From NCBI RefSeq assembly GCF_003918875.1, contig NW_025766994.1, positions 1,116,001-1,180,000 of the forward strand: 64,000 bases of DNA. The letters are read 5' to 3'. This stretch comes from Haliotis rubra (taxonomy: Eukaryota). Position numbers and translations under genes: made by a program. Every line of letters begins with the position of its first letter. The first letter of the stretch is position 1. The notes under the pieces are model-generated. The model made no database searches, had not been told where the DNA came from, and saw only the letters and a program-made list of their open reading frames with translations. Positions 1-11,920 of the stretch are shown one piece after another.

Positions 1-290
1 AGGAGGTTCTTCCATTTTGGTTAGACAGGGCATCATTCACAGCACTGTTCCTCTTAAAACTAACCTTCAAGCTATCGCTGTCCCTCTGACTTTACAAGTC
101 ACGGTCACACTCTGTTCCTTGTACAGTGCCCCTTCCTCGACTCTTCAGCTACCAGAGCTTCAGGATTTATATTCCCAATTGCCTGGGCCCTGTATTATAA
201 TGGGTGATCTATACAGCCATAATCCTCTGTGGTGAAGCAATGATACCAACAATAAAGGAAACTCTTGAATATTTTGTTTCTAATAATGAC
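1..290 (+). mobile_element. Decayed I/Nimb-type LINE ORF2 fragment (AP-endonuclease domain)
   Basis: Translation GGSSILVRQGIIH...LKTNLQAIAV...CSLY...IIMGDLYSHNPLW*; homologous to the LINE endonuclease region at 50581-50975 ([10 protein letters not shown]...[11 protein letters not shown]). Confidence 0.8.
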
Positions 291-885
291 ATATATAACA
301 CAATTTCAATGTACAGTTTTTACGTAAAATACATTAGATGCACAAAGCAGAGTATGTAAATGTTGTAATAAGGGTTGCATAAAAAGTGAAGAACATATTT
401 TCTTCACTAGTGGTCATCACCAGATTTTACGGGCGCATTACATGAAACAATGCGTGTAAGTTATTTAAATTTCGAAAAACGTGACTGAGTTTATACCATC
501 AACTTCGTACATTATAACATAGGCCATATGGCTCACATTACTGAATAAAATATGTCTGTCTGTCATTTATCAGGGAAATAGACAGTGTTACCACCACCAC
601 ACGCTGTACTGTGAACAGAATGCTTGATGCTGCTATCAAATTGCTTGATGCTATCCATTTGAACAAGAAATCAGTAACACATTTCAATGATGAACGTTGA
701 TATAAATGAAAAGGAAACTTTATCATTTGAAAACTTGGTTGTTATGGCAATAACTGCAATATGTTGGTTCACATAAATGTTCATTAGATGTCGATACCGA
801 GCTTTCAAAACGACAGTGCATGAGCACTTTTGTTTAAAGATAATTTTCAACGAAATAACATTACATTTTATATGGCAAAAACGTC

Positions 886-1026
886 AGTGCGTGAGTATGG
901 TTTTACGTAGCTTTTAGCAATATTCCATCCATGACCAGAAATGGGTTTCACACTTCATACCCGTGTTGGGAATCGAACCCGTGTCTTAAGCGTGATGCTT
1001 TAACCATTAGGCTACTCCACCGCCCC
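886..1026 (-). mobile_element. tRNA-derived SINE, family 1
   Basis: Reverse complement begins GGGGCGGTGGAGTAGCCTAATGGTTAAAGC, has a GGTTCGATTCC B-box and the family tail. Confidence 0.8.
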
Positions 1027-1110
1027 TGATAAATACCAATAACAAACATAGGAGATGTGGGAACCCGCATCTGATGCCTTAATTGGGATTCTGGAAACAC
1101 TCTGGTCACA

Positions 1111-1244
1111 GGATATTCTAGTTGTTTTACTGTCCTTCGTTGACAGGATTTTATACTCTATCATTAATTATTGTTAATCTATATGTTATTTTAGTCACGA
1201 TATGGCTGAAATATTGCCAAAGTGACTTTGAATTTTAACTCACT
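1111..1244 (+). mobile_element. 5'-truncated 3' end of the I/Nimb-type LINE
   Basis: Matches LINE 3'UTR at 47135-47300 (reverse); ends in (ACTC)n; 13-bp TSD CACTCTGGTCACA at 1098-1110 and 1245-1257. Confidence 0.8.
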
Positions 1245-1891
1245 CACTCTGGTCACATACATAATGCTCTATACAAGTACAAAGGAAGAGAGAGCAAAAA
1301 GTGCGAGAAAATGAGATGACGTGAAAAATCCTCACTCAAAGTGTTACGTGATTGCTTCATGGTGATAGAAGCATAGACTTTGGCCATTTAATCACTGTAG
1401 CAGATAACCGCTGTGCAATATGTAGGTCACATGCCGAGAGAACGAATAAGTCAACTTGGGAACGCAAACGCGCATGTCACATATACTGGGCGACTCCCAC
1501 CCTCACTCACGACAGCTCGCTTGGTAGCCATCCGATTTTTCTATCTGGTTCACTGAATGACTGGATATGGTGTATGCTGTATGCTGACACTTTGAACCAT
1601 GTCTCAAGTAAGTTCGTCAGTATTGACGTATGACTGTATGAATAACTCAGCATATCGTTGTATGTGACCTGACGCTCACAGGTCAGATCTTTCACCTTAC
1701 TGTGAGACTCGATATACTCAGGTCCCAGTGGCACAGTGAAGAAAGAGTTATTTGTTTAACCTAAATGGATATTTGTTTTGAATTACAAAAATACCCACTT
1801 CAGATTAAGTTTTAGCGTCAAACAAATGACCAACGAAACAAACAAAAGCATATACTGATATGTGACCTTGTTCCCTATAGACAGCTTGCCA

Positions 1892-1984
1892 GGGGCGGTA
1901 GGGTAGCCTAGTGGTTAAAGCGTTCGTCGTTACGCCGAAGACCCGCGTGCGATTCCCCTACATGGGTACAATGTGTGAAGCCCA
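1892..1984 (+). mobile_element. tRNA-derived SINE family 1, 5' part only
   Basis: GGGGCGGTAGGGTAGCCTAGTGGTTAAAGCGTTCG...ATGTGTGAAGCCCA. Confidence 0.75.
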
Positions 1985-2156
1985 CTGTTCTCCGTGTTAT
2001 AGATGGGTCACGTGATCTACCTTCAATTGTTGGTGATCTATAGCCTGTTTTATATTGTAATGTCCTAATTAGAATATACTTTAAGTCGCATGCTAGTTTT
2101 AAATCTCTAACTGTGATATTCTAGTTCTTTTACTGTCCTTCGTAGACAGGTAAGTA

Positions 2157-3313
2157 CACTCTCTCAAAAAAGAAACGCAACCCCTGTTTTTTTTGGTAAT
2201 GTTTATATCAATTTTAACTGGTTATTACATTTGTATTTTTAAAGATATTGCCATGAAATTTGACATGGTGAACCTTAGGTCAGCACGGTATAAGGTAACA
2301 GTTAATGCAGGTCAGTATCGAACTCTCAATTTACGCTAGGGGGCGTTGTCTTCAGTATCTCGTTGTAGAGCCACGAGCTCTAATCACAGCAGTGCACCTC
2401 CTCGGAACAGAACGAATCAGACGGCGGATGTTTTCCTGGGGGATTGCTCTCCACTCTTCCTGGAGTGCTGCGGCCAGTTCAACCAACGTGTGCGGTTGTG
2501 GTGTACGTGCACGAACACGACGATCCAGCTGGTCCCACAGATGTTCGATAGGATTGATGTCTGGCGATCTGAGGGCCACGGCATCACGTTGACGTTTGAA
2601 TTCTGTAGGAATGCCACTGTTGCACGAGCTGTATGAGGGCGGGCATTGTCATGTTGAAACAACTCCCTCTGTTGGTCGATTATCGGCAGAAGATGTGGCT
2701 GTAAGACGTCATCAATGTACCGTTGTGCCGTCAAATTGCCACGAATGATGACCAAGTCTGACCGTTGGTTGTAAGACATGGCTCCCCATACCATGATGCT
2801 TCCCCCTCCAAATCTGTCGACCTGTCGAACGCAGTTCGGTGCAAAACGTTCATTTGCTCGTCTATAGACACGTTGTCTACCGTCACGTCGTTGAAGAAGA
2901 AAACGAGACTCGTCACTAAACCAGACTCTTCTCCAGTTTCTGAGGGTCCATCTCCTTACGTTAGTACACCACCTGAGACGTTGGCGTCGATGTTGGCGTT
3001 TCAAGAGCAAATTATGAGAGAAAAATTACAAACTACGCGTGCTTTTAAAACCCTCTACATGAACTGTGTTTTCAACGATTTGCACGTGCAACAGGCTTTT
3101 AGCATTTTGTACATGACAATTTCGCACTTTCTCAAATAACACGGATACAAAGGTCATCATGTGTGAAAATGGTTCCATTTGGGAGCTTATACTGATCAGA
3201 TGGGAACGTATTAACAGTATTTTGAAGAAAATTCTAATTTACATTCACCATCTTTATTCTAGAAATGATGTCAGATATTTAGATAGGGGTTGCGTTTCTT
3301 TTTTGAGAGAGTG
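2157..3313 (-). mobile_element. Tc1-type DNA transposon, internally deleted and frameshifted
   Basis: 29-bp TIRs CACTCTCTCAAAAAAGAAACGCAACCCCT, TA TSDs (2155-2156, 3314-3315); transposase motifs WFSDESRF, QHDNARPH, SPDINPIEHLW, GSTTRY; N-terminal DNA-binding part missing. Confidence 0.93.
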
Positions 3314-3689
3314 TATGTAAGCTTGTTTTTATTCATGTATACATTTACAAATTTACAACTATCATAGTCACGGTATGGCTGAACGCTCAAGTTAGGTATC
3401 GCATGTGAACGCTCAAGTTAGTAAACACTAACTTGAGCGTTCACATGCAATACCTTAGAAGGAACCAACATACTGAGGTGAACGTGACCCATCTATAGTG
3501 AGTGAATGAGGTAAAATTTAAAGTCACATCAACTAACATATCTTTACAGAAACGAAAGACTCAACACACAAGGTTTGGGTGGTGTATTAAAAGCGGGATC
3601 AATGTATAAGTAGGTATTTCAGGAATTATAAGACAGAAGGAATTCTACCAACCTATTCTTGATGTATATGCAATACATTGAAATCAAAT

Positions 3690-3958
3690 GAGTGAGTGAG
3701 TGAGTGAGCGAGTCAAGATTTTAAGTCACATCGGCAGTATTTCAGCCATATCATTACTATTACAAGTTATATATTAAACATTAATATTGGTAAATTATAT
3801 AAACCTGTCGACGAAGGACATTAAAACAACTAGACTATCACAGACATAAAATTAGAACTAGTAATTAAATTTAAAACATTTTCACCATACATGACAAAAC
3901 AATATAAAAACAGGCTATAGATCGCCAACAACTGAAGGTAAATCACCAAACTAGGGAG
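3690..3958 (-). mobile_element. 3'UTR fragment of the I/Nimb-type LINE
   Basis: (GAGT)n followed by sequence matching 47135-47400. Confidence 0.75.
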
Positions 3959-4424
3959 TGAAATGAGATGAATGTGACAAGTAGGTATCAGATCCTATAT
4001 ATGGATCTATAGGATGTTTTCGAGCTGAATGCCTCACACATGACCAGGTTCTTTCTAATTTCAGAAGTACTTAGTAGATACACCAGACGACGGCGGTGAC
4101 ACCTTCACGTCGTTAAACGACAACGGCTTCCTCATGCCCAACTTCCCCGACGGACAAGGTATCGAGGGTGTTCCGTTCTGTGAGAATACGCGACGATGAC
4201 GTCATAATTTGCACATATCCTAAATCAGGTAACATTAGCTACCATGGAACCTATTACTATTGGTATCTGCTAGGATGCATGTATTCACTAATAAGTCATT
4301 TTTGTGGCCATTTTTCATACCTGAAAAATCGATGCATTTGATCATCCGATTTTCAGTCTTAACTGAAAACCAACATAATACGTTTTCCAAGTATACAAAA
4401 TTTTTATCAAATGCATACCAATAA

Positions 4425-5160
4425 CACTCAAGCCCAACCCACCACACCCACACAAACCCAACTCAAGCCCAACCCACCACACCCACACAAACCCAACTCA
4501 AGCCCAACCCACCACACCCACACCAACCCAACACAAGCACAGCCAACCACATCCGCATGAACCCCACTCAAGCCCAGCCCACCACACCAACCCCACTCAA
4601 GCTCAGCTCACCACATCTACACCAACCCCACTCAAGCTCAGTCCACCACATCCACACCAACCCCACTCAACCTCAGTCCACCACACCAACACCCACATTA
4701 ACCCCACTAAAGCCAAGCCCACGACACCCACACCCCCACCAACCCCACTCAAGCCCAACCCACCACACCCACATCAACCCCACTCAAGCCCAACCCACCA
4801 CACCCACACAAACCTAATTCAAGCCCAGTCCACCACACCCACACACCACTCACTCAAGCCCCCCACCAGACCCCACCCACCAAACCCACCACACCCACAC
4901 AAACCCCACTCAAGCAAGCCCAGCCCATCACACCCACACCGACCCCACTCAAGCCCAGCCCACCACACCCACACAAACCCCGCTCAAGCCCAGCTCATCA
5001 CACCCACATCAACTCCACTCAAGCCCAGCCCACCACACCCACACAAACCCCACTCAAGCCCAGCCTATCACAGCCACACCAACCCCACTCTATCACATTC
5101 ACATCAATTCCACTCAAACCCATCCTTTAAAAAACCAAACTAATTCCACTCAAGCCCATC
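4425..5160. repeat. C/A-rich minisatellite (~34-bp unit) in SULT intron 2
   Basis: Unit approx CCACTCAAGCCCAACCCACCACACCCACACAAAC; homologous arrays in intron 2 of copy F (41005-41425) and copy G (55035-55330). Confidence 0.9.
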
Positions 5161-5386
5161 TGCTCCTTAAATAAAAAGTTTGCCTCAATTTGATCAGCCC
5201 AACACAAACATTTGGTGTTGTGATGAGATGATGTTTTAATGATAAGCATTCATCCTTCAAATGGGTACAGTGTCTGGAGTTCCCAGACGTGATATTGCTG
5301 GAATATTGCTAAAAGCGGCGTAAAACCCAACTCACTCACTCACTAATCATTCAAAATTATTTGCTAACATCTTGTTTAATTTGACA

Positions 5387-5600
5387 ACCCGTGTAGATCC
5401 AGGTTAAAACTGGTCTTCAGTATCCCATGCTTGTCGTAAGAGGCGACTAACTGGTTCGGGTGGTCAAACTCGCTGACACAATGGCATCCCAGTTACGTAG
5501 ATCGATGTCCATGCTGTTGATCATAGGATTGTTTGGTGCACACTCGACTATTGTCAGACCGCCGCCATATACCTGGGATATGCGCTGTTAAACAACAAAC
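5387..5600 (+). mobile_element. SINE-like family 2 (no tRNA head; structured 5' domain)
   Basis: Starts ACCCGTG...GGTCTTCAG...TTGTCGTAAGAGGCGACTAA; same family at 9518, 14629, 38686, 39066, 51914. Confidence 0.8.
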
Positions 5601-6353
5601 TGAAAGTTCAGTTTGAAACAATTAAACAAATATGAGCATTCTGTCTTGGGGCATCACAGTACAGGTGTGGTCAAGATGCTGGTGCCTGATATACGTTATA
5701 TTTTCTCGATAAATGATGCAGATCCGTGAGTTCATAAAATTGCCCTTATCATGCATCTCTCTTACGATCCAGTTGATACTGGTTTGTCACGTGACTTCCC
5801 TCTCTCCAGGAACCCACTGGGTGTGGGAAATTACTAGAGAGCTCCTCACAGGGGAGATAACCAACGATGACATCACGATGAGCCAGACCTTCATGGAAAT
5901 GGGGTCAGAGGAGAGATATGCCGACCTCCCGTCTCCCAGGATCCTCAACTCCCATTTGCTGATGAAACATCTGCCAGATGACGTGCGTAATAAGAAAATA
6001 AAAGTCATCACTGTTCTACGAAACCCAAAGGACATAGCGGTCTCTTTTATAACTTCGTGAAAATGATTCCATTTGCCAAATACAAAGGGGAGTTTAAGAA
6101 CTTTTTGCGACCACTATTTCAAGGAAAGTGTGAGTACCGTTCTATCTGTGATCATCTACAAAGGCTAAACTTTCCTACAATCCTTCTTCATCTGTGTTTC
6201 ATATTTTTTATATTCTTCCTTTCTGTCAAAAATCTTTCTTGTAATTCTTCGTTTTGTAAGCAGTAAGTGCATACATGAATATGATACATTTTCGTTTAAG
6301 GCCACTTTGAATGGTGTTTCAAACATATATGTTTGCTCTGTTCCAAGAGCTTT

Positions 6354-6520
6354 GGGGCAGTGGGGTAACCTAGCAGTGGTCAAAGCGTTCGCTCGTCACG
6401 CTGAAAAATGGGTTCGATAAACCACATGGGTACAATGTGTGAAGCCCATTTCTGGTATCCCCCACCGTGATATTGCTGGAATATTGCAAAAAGAGGCATA
6501 AAACTAAACTCACTCACTTA
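6354..6520 (+). mobile_element. tRNA-derived SINE family 1
   Basis: Full length, (ACTC)n tail, approx TSD CCAAGAGCTTT. Confidence 0.85.
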
Positions 6521-6678
6521 CCAAAGAGCTTTCTCTTAAAATCCTTATTCCTGTGATCGTCCTTAACCATAACCGCTGTCCGATCTGAAAATAAGCGTTT
6601 CGCAGCTTTGAACGGTGATTTGGTAGTGAGCTTAGTCCTAGTAATGAGTAGTCTTCTTGTATCCTCATTACCACAAAT

Positions 6679-6840
6679 GGGCGGTGGGGTAGCCTAGTGG
6701 TTAAAGCGTTGGCTCGTCACACGTTGGCTCGATTCCCCACATGGGCGCAATGTGTGAAGCCCATTTCTGGTGTCCTCCGCCGTGATATTGCTGGAATATT
6801 GCTAAAAGCGGCGTAAAACTAAACTCAGTCAGTCAGTCAG
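6679..6840 (+). mobile_element. tRNA-derived SINE family 1
   Basis: 14-bp TSD TCATTACCACAAAT (6665-6678, 6841-6854); absent at the homologous position of copy C. Confidence 0.9.
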
Positions 6841-7239
6841 TCATTACCACAAATACTTCTTTTAATAATTCCTACTTTAAGCATTCTTTCCTCTATTCTT
6901 TTTTTATAGTTATGTATGAATCATGGATGGACTATGTTCTTGACTGGGAGCTGGTGAAGAAGACCAGTCCTGATCAGCCAGTGTTGACACTGTTCTACGA
7001 AGACATTAAGCAGGTGCGAGGGATGGCAATTGTTGTTTAATGCTGCAGTTTGTAATATTACACCCACAAACGGCGGCAATGTAAGTAATCACGTTTTGGA
7101 AGAAAATGTACGGGAACGCATTCTAAGTGGATCACGCTATGATCAACCATTGTGACAGTAAGCCACTATTTGTGACAATTTGCGGTTTGCTGGGGATCGA
7201 CTCTGACCGTGAACGGCGCAACACGTGAATCCGTTAGAA

Positions 7240-7620
7240 AGGTAAATTGGGGGCAACACGTAGATACGTTAGACACGTATCATGGGGCAGCACATATGGA
7301 TCTTATTCAGGTATGTTGGGGCAACACGTAGGCACGTATCTTGGGACAGCACATACAGAACTTATTCAGGTATGTTGGGGCAACATGGAGATACGTTAGG
7401 CACGTATTTTGCGGCAACACGTAGAGACCTTAGTCAGGAACCCTGAGGAAGCACGTAGACACGTTTGACACATATATTAGGGGAAGCTTATACAGTTTTT
7501 ATTCAAGCTTCCTGGGGCAACTCGTAGACACGTTTGACATGTATCTTTCGGCAGTACGTACAGACCGTAGCCAGGTATCTTGGGGAACACGTAGTGACGT
7601 TGGTCAGGTTTGTCGAGGGA
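7240..7620. repeat. Degenerate intron-4 minisatellite (GGGCAACACGT.. core)
   Basis: Repeated GGGGCAACACGTAG / ACGTATC units; counterpart in copy C at 24510-24850. Confidence 0.7.
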
Positions 7621-7749
7621 AGATTTGGAAACATGAAGCAGTTATGAGTGATACACTTAATGAGCAAGTCAAGATGTTGTGAGGCAAGTTTCTCTCGTAA
7701 TGTACTACCCATCAAAAGTTTTGACTCACTTAAAACACTCACTATATGA

Positions 7750-7787
<38 letters not shown>

Positions 7788-8497
7788 CATATATATGATT
7801 ACATCGAAGATGAATTTCTCCACTAACTAAGTGGCTACAGTTCCACTAGTGAGTCTAAACTTTTGATGGGTAGTATATGTGCAGGTTTGATGAGGCAACA
7901 CGTGGAAACATTAACGTGTGTCCAGGCAACACCCAAATGCACTTTACGTATATGTGAAAAACGAGTTTACCCTACTTCAGGATCAGATGCGAGAGATGAA
8001 GAGGATATGTGAGTTCCTGGGTGTAGAGAGAACGGATGACTTCCTGTCCAAAGTCTGCGACAACACAACTATGGCAGCAATGAGGACTCACAAGTACAAG
8101 AAAAATAATGCAACAGGCGTTTTCAGAAAAGGTATAGATGAGATGCACCCATACCCTGTTTTCGTAAGTCATGTCATGCATTCCTTAGCCAACACCTTGG
8201 ACACTTCGGTTTTGCTGCTCATGATAAATCGTTTTTTACATACTTGAGACAAAGGGAGACTATTTTTCAAAAAGTGCAAGATCTTTGAAGGAATGTCAGA
8301 GACCGATAAAACACATCCTCTTAACGTCTCCTACCCTGCAAAACATTCCGGAGAACGACCAGGGGTCGTTCCCGTTGGTGTAAGTGCAGTGCTACTACAT
8401 GTGGCTTAGAAGTTGATACCGGTCAGTGGCTTAAAAGTCACGTGTAAAGCTTTGGTTTTATGTAAAAGGCTGATGCAGGTCAGTGACCTGGTTGTAA

Positions 8498-8656
<159 letters not shown>

Positions 8657-9517
8657 TGATTTACTGACTCAGTACATTAGCCGAACATACCATCATAGGT
8701 TTCAGGAAGGCCTTTGGAAACAATTCTACACAGCGGATCGCGCACCTCACACGACCGTGAGCTTCAGGAGGAAATCATTAATCTGACATGATGGATTTCA
8801 ATTATGTTGACTCTGTACAAAGGCCAATAATATAACACTGACTACGCACGTTGAATTTTTGTCTCTTTATTGTGACACAAAGTTACAGTTGTTATTGTGA
8901 ATGTCACTGTACCAGCTTAAATGCACCAGGGACGCTTCATGCTTCTTTTAGTAATAATACTCCAAGTATATCATGAGAAAAATATGTTGAACATCACTGC
9001 TTTACTATATGTCATAATTTCTAATCATCATTGCTTCTGATAGACAGTGGAGAAAGATGAAAAGGTGAAGTTTTTCTTAGCCATATTCCGTTTCCATCAT
9101 GGCATCTGAGCTTCATGTGGAGAAAATCCCAAATTAAGTAATGTTCTGCTTTTTGCACCAACAACGATATATACATTCATTGACAAATTGTGGAAGTTAT
9201 TAATCCTATCCAAACCATGCTTTTGAAGAACACTTAGTGTATATGTAGGACAGATTGTAATTGTAGCCAGTAAAATTGTTACCTTTTCCAAGAAAATAGT
9301 TCCTGTTCTGGTAACTCTCATGTGCTCTTCGCGTGGTCCCTACTGCTGGGTCCTGTCTTCAAAGGGTTTGTGTGCACCGAGAAAAGGAGGAACAGAGCAT
9401 AAGAGAGTGGGAAAATACACAACAGTCACTACTGTATACCCACCTCCAGCTGTCCAATCCAAATCTGTCAACTTCAAGAACACAACACTGTGTGTGACGT
9501 TTCCCCCTACTGCACCA

Positions 9518-9767
9518 AACCCTCGAAGACCCGGGTCAGAATTGATCGTCAGCAACCCCTGCTCCCTATTCGTAAGAGGCGACTTACGGGATCGGGTGGT
9601 GAGACTCGCTGACTTCCTTGACACAAGTCATCGTATTTTAATTGTATTGATTGATGCTCATGATATTGATCACTGGATTGCCTGGTCCAGACTCGATTAA
9701 TTACAGACCGCCACCATGTAACTGAAGCATTGCTGAATGCGGCGTTAAACAACAACCAACCAACCAA
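9518..9767 (+). mobile_element. SINE-like family 2
   Basis: TSD CCCT(A/T)CTGCACCA at 9505-9517 and 9768-9780; (CAAC)n tail. Confidence 0.85.
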
Positions 9768-11330
9768 CCCTTCTGCACCACACCTGTCCCCTGTCTTCAG
9801 CGAAACGCAATGTGAAGTGTGAGTCGCTACATGACACGCAACACTTTATAGTGTGTTTCACTCAAAGGTTTCGACTTCTCGCATTAAGATTATATTTAAC
9901 AGCCTACATGTCAGCGCAGTGTGTTTGACACAGCAAGAAAATAAAAACAATTTCACCACATAACAATAATTAACAGTAATGGAGATGTCAAGTTTCGACT
10001 CTTATTGAGGTAGATGTACCCAGAAAAGTCGGACAAGCAAATATTTACACAAGAAGTTACATGAAATTAAATATATGCCAATGTATGCAAATGAAGCACC
10101 GTTTATAGTTAGCTAAATTGATTCGTTCACTCACAATACCAGAACGTTTTCTGACAAATCTTTCATCAGGAAAAGAAAATGGGAAGGAAAGGAGACTGTT
10201 TACTCTGAAATGTCTCCACAAAAATGTCCCGACATGTGTTTTGAAAGTCTGATTACGATTGGAGAGCAATATCCACAATTATGTACTATATATTTTTACT
10301 TCGACTCCATAACCCCACTTTATATAAAGGACCGTCAGATGTTTCCCTCTGGAATATTATGGCTTTTCAAGTGGATGTGACAGCCAGCCCTTGGATAGAG
10401 CTTATTATGGCTGTGATCAGGGTATTTCTACATATCCTGTATTTAAGCCTATTTGCATCTCCAATGTTTGTTAGCTGTGTTCGCTGCTCATATAAAAAAT
10501 GTACTACAATTTCGTTGAAAATGATCTTATTGCAGTATTGATAATGCATTATTACTACGAAAGCTCTGGATCAACATCCACTAGAAACGTATGTATCCTA
10601 ACCTGATCCACTGCAGTATCAATACGTTTTCCTCTTCAGAAACAACAACAGAATTTGAAATAAGGTTTCGTCATTCCGATTTCTGTTGCATCAGAAAGAA
10701 AATATTCCTTAAATGAATTATTTGAAATAAAAACGCAAACAATGTGAAACGTTGGCAATAAAGTCCTGTATTTATTTAGCACAATGTGGTGCGGTGGCCA
10801 TTTGATGGTGGCTGATCAAAGACAAGCATTGATCTCCCGGTACTTGTCTAATACAGACCGAAAGTCTAAATAAGCAATACTTGTTTACATACAAACACAC
10901 GCGTGTGCGCAAAGAAAAGGGAAAGCATGTCCTAACGTGTCATGTCAATATCTCTCATGTAATTTGTCACAGATTTGATAAACCTTAAACAGGTGTAAGT
11001 AATCTCTTAAGACCTGTACCGAATCGGGGTTTTCTACCACATTACGATTATACGCCACGAATACAAGCAGAATATTGTTAAAAGCGTTGTTTCAACTGAA
11101 CCTCCTCACAAAGCCCCCTTCTCACCCCACATCATCCCAGCCGTTACGACCACCTCTGTACATTACGCAAAGTAATGGGTCCAAAGATGAGGAGAAACAA
11201 TGCCGTGTAATAAAGTGGTGATGCCCAATATATTTATGCGGTGATAATACTGGAATATTACTAAACGCGGCACAAAACCTCCCTTACATATCTAAGCTTT
11301 ATATAGCTCGTATATAACTCACATATTTAC

Positions 11331-11491
11331 GTGAGTGAGAAAGGCTTTACCCTGCTTTTAGCAGTATTCCAGCAATATCACGGCGGGGAACACCAGAAAT
11401 GGGCTTCACACAGTGTACCCATGTGGGGAATCGAACCCGGGTTGTTGTTGTTACTAGAGGACGCTTTAACCATTGGGCTCCCCGCCGCCCC
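11331..11491 (-). mobile_element. tRNA-derived SINE family 1
   Basis: Matches family consensus in reverse. Confidence 0.8.
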
Positions 11492-11920
11492 ATGTAGATA
11501 TTTAAGCTTTATATAGCTCGCACTTAATTTACTTTAATTCCAGTTTGTCCCAGCTGAGGCTTGTGGTTTGTCAAAAGTATTTATGCAATGTAATAAAGCA
11601 GTGATGCCGAGGATGCTTCCATCACGATATACCTGGATTATTGTTAGTGGCTGAAAAGCTGTCTTATATATTTAGGCTGGTGTACCAAAGATTTATTGAC
11701 ACATCCATTTCTTTGTGTCACAATGAAACAAAGATCAAGGCTATATTCAGCTTCATATTATGGGACTTGGAGTAGAATCAAAATAATGGTAACTCATCAT
11801 ATCAGATTAAAGATTTCCTCATCCAGCACTGCTGGCACAGTCGTATAAGGTTCACAATCCCAAAGTCGTTCCTAAAAGCTTTGATCGTAGTAGGCTGGGT
11901 AAAAGTACAGGCTCGGTAAA

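Noticed and set aside
2417-3010. Active Tc1 transposase
   Set aside because: N-terminal DNA-binding domain deleted and a frameshift before the catalytic Glu; none of the five Tc1 copies is intact
4557-4817. Pro/Thr/His-rich ORF (also 40925-41470 and 54999-55280)
   Set aside because: Translations of the intron-2 minisatellite, not mucin-like genes
5787-6035. Antisense ORFs over SULT exons (also 13849-14178, 22924-23148, 40588-40770, 54622-54996)
   Set aside because: Shadow frames of the conserved coding strand
6679-6760. tRNA-like sequences (many copies)
   Set aside because: They are SINE heads, continuing into a common body and tail and flanked by TSDs; no clean cloverleaf
7750-7797. (GT)n(AT)n tract
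   Set aside because: Ordinary compound microsatellite
9097-9321. 74-aa minus-strand ORF with a homologous region at ~26945-27165
   Set aside because: The second copy is explained by the A/C duplication and does not keep the frame; no recognisable domain
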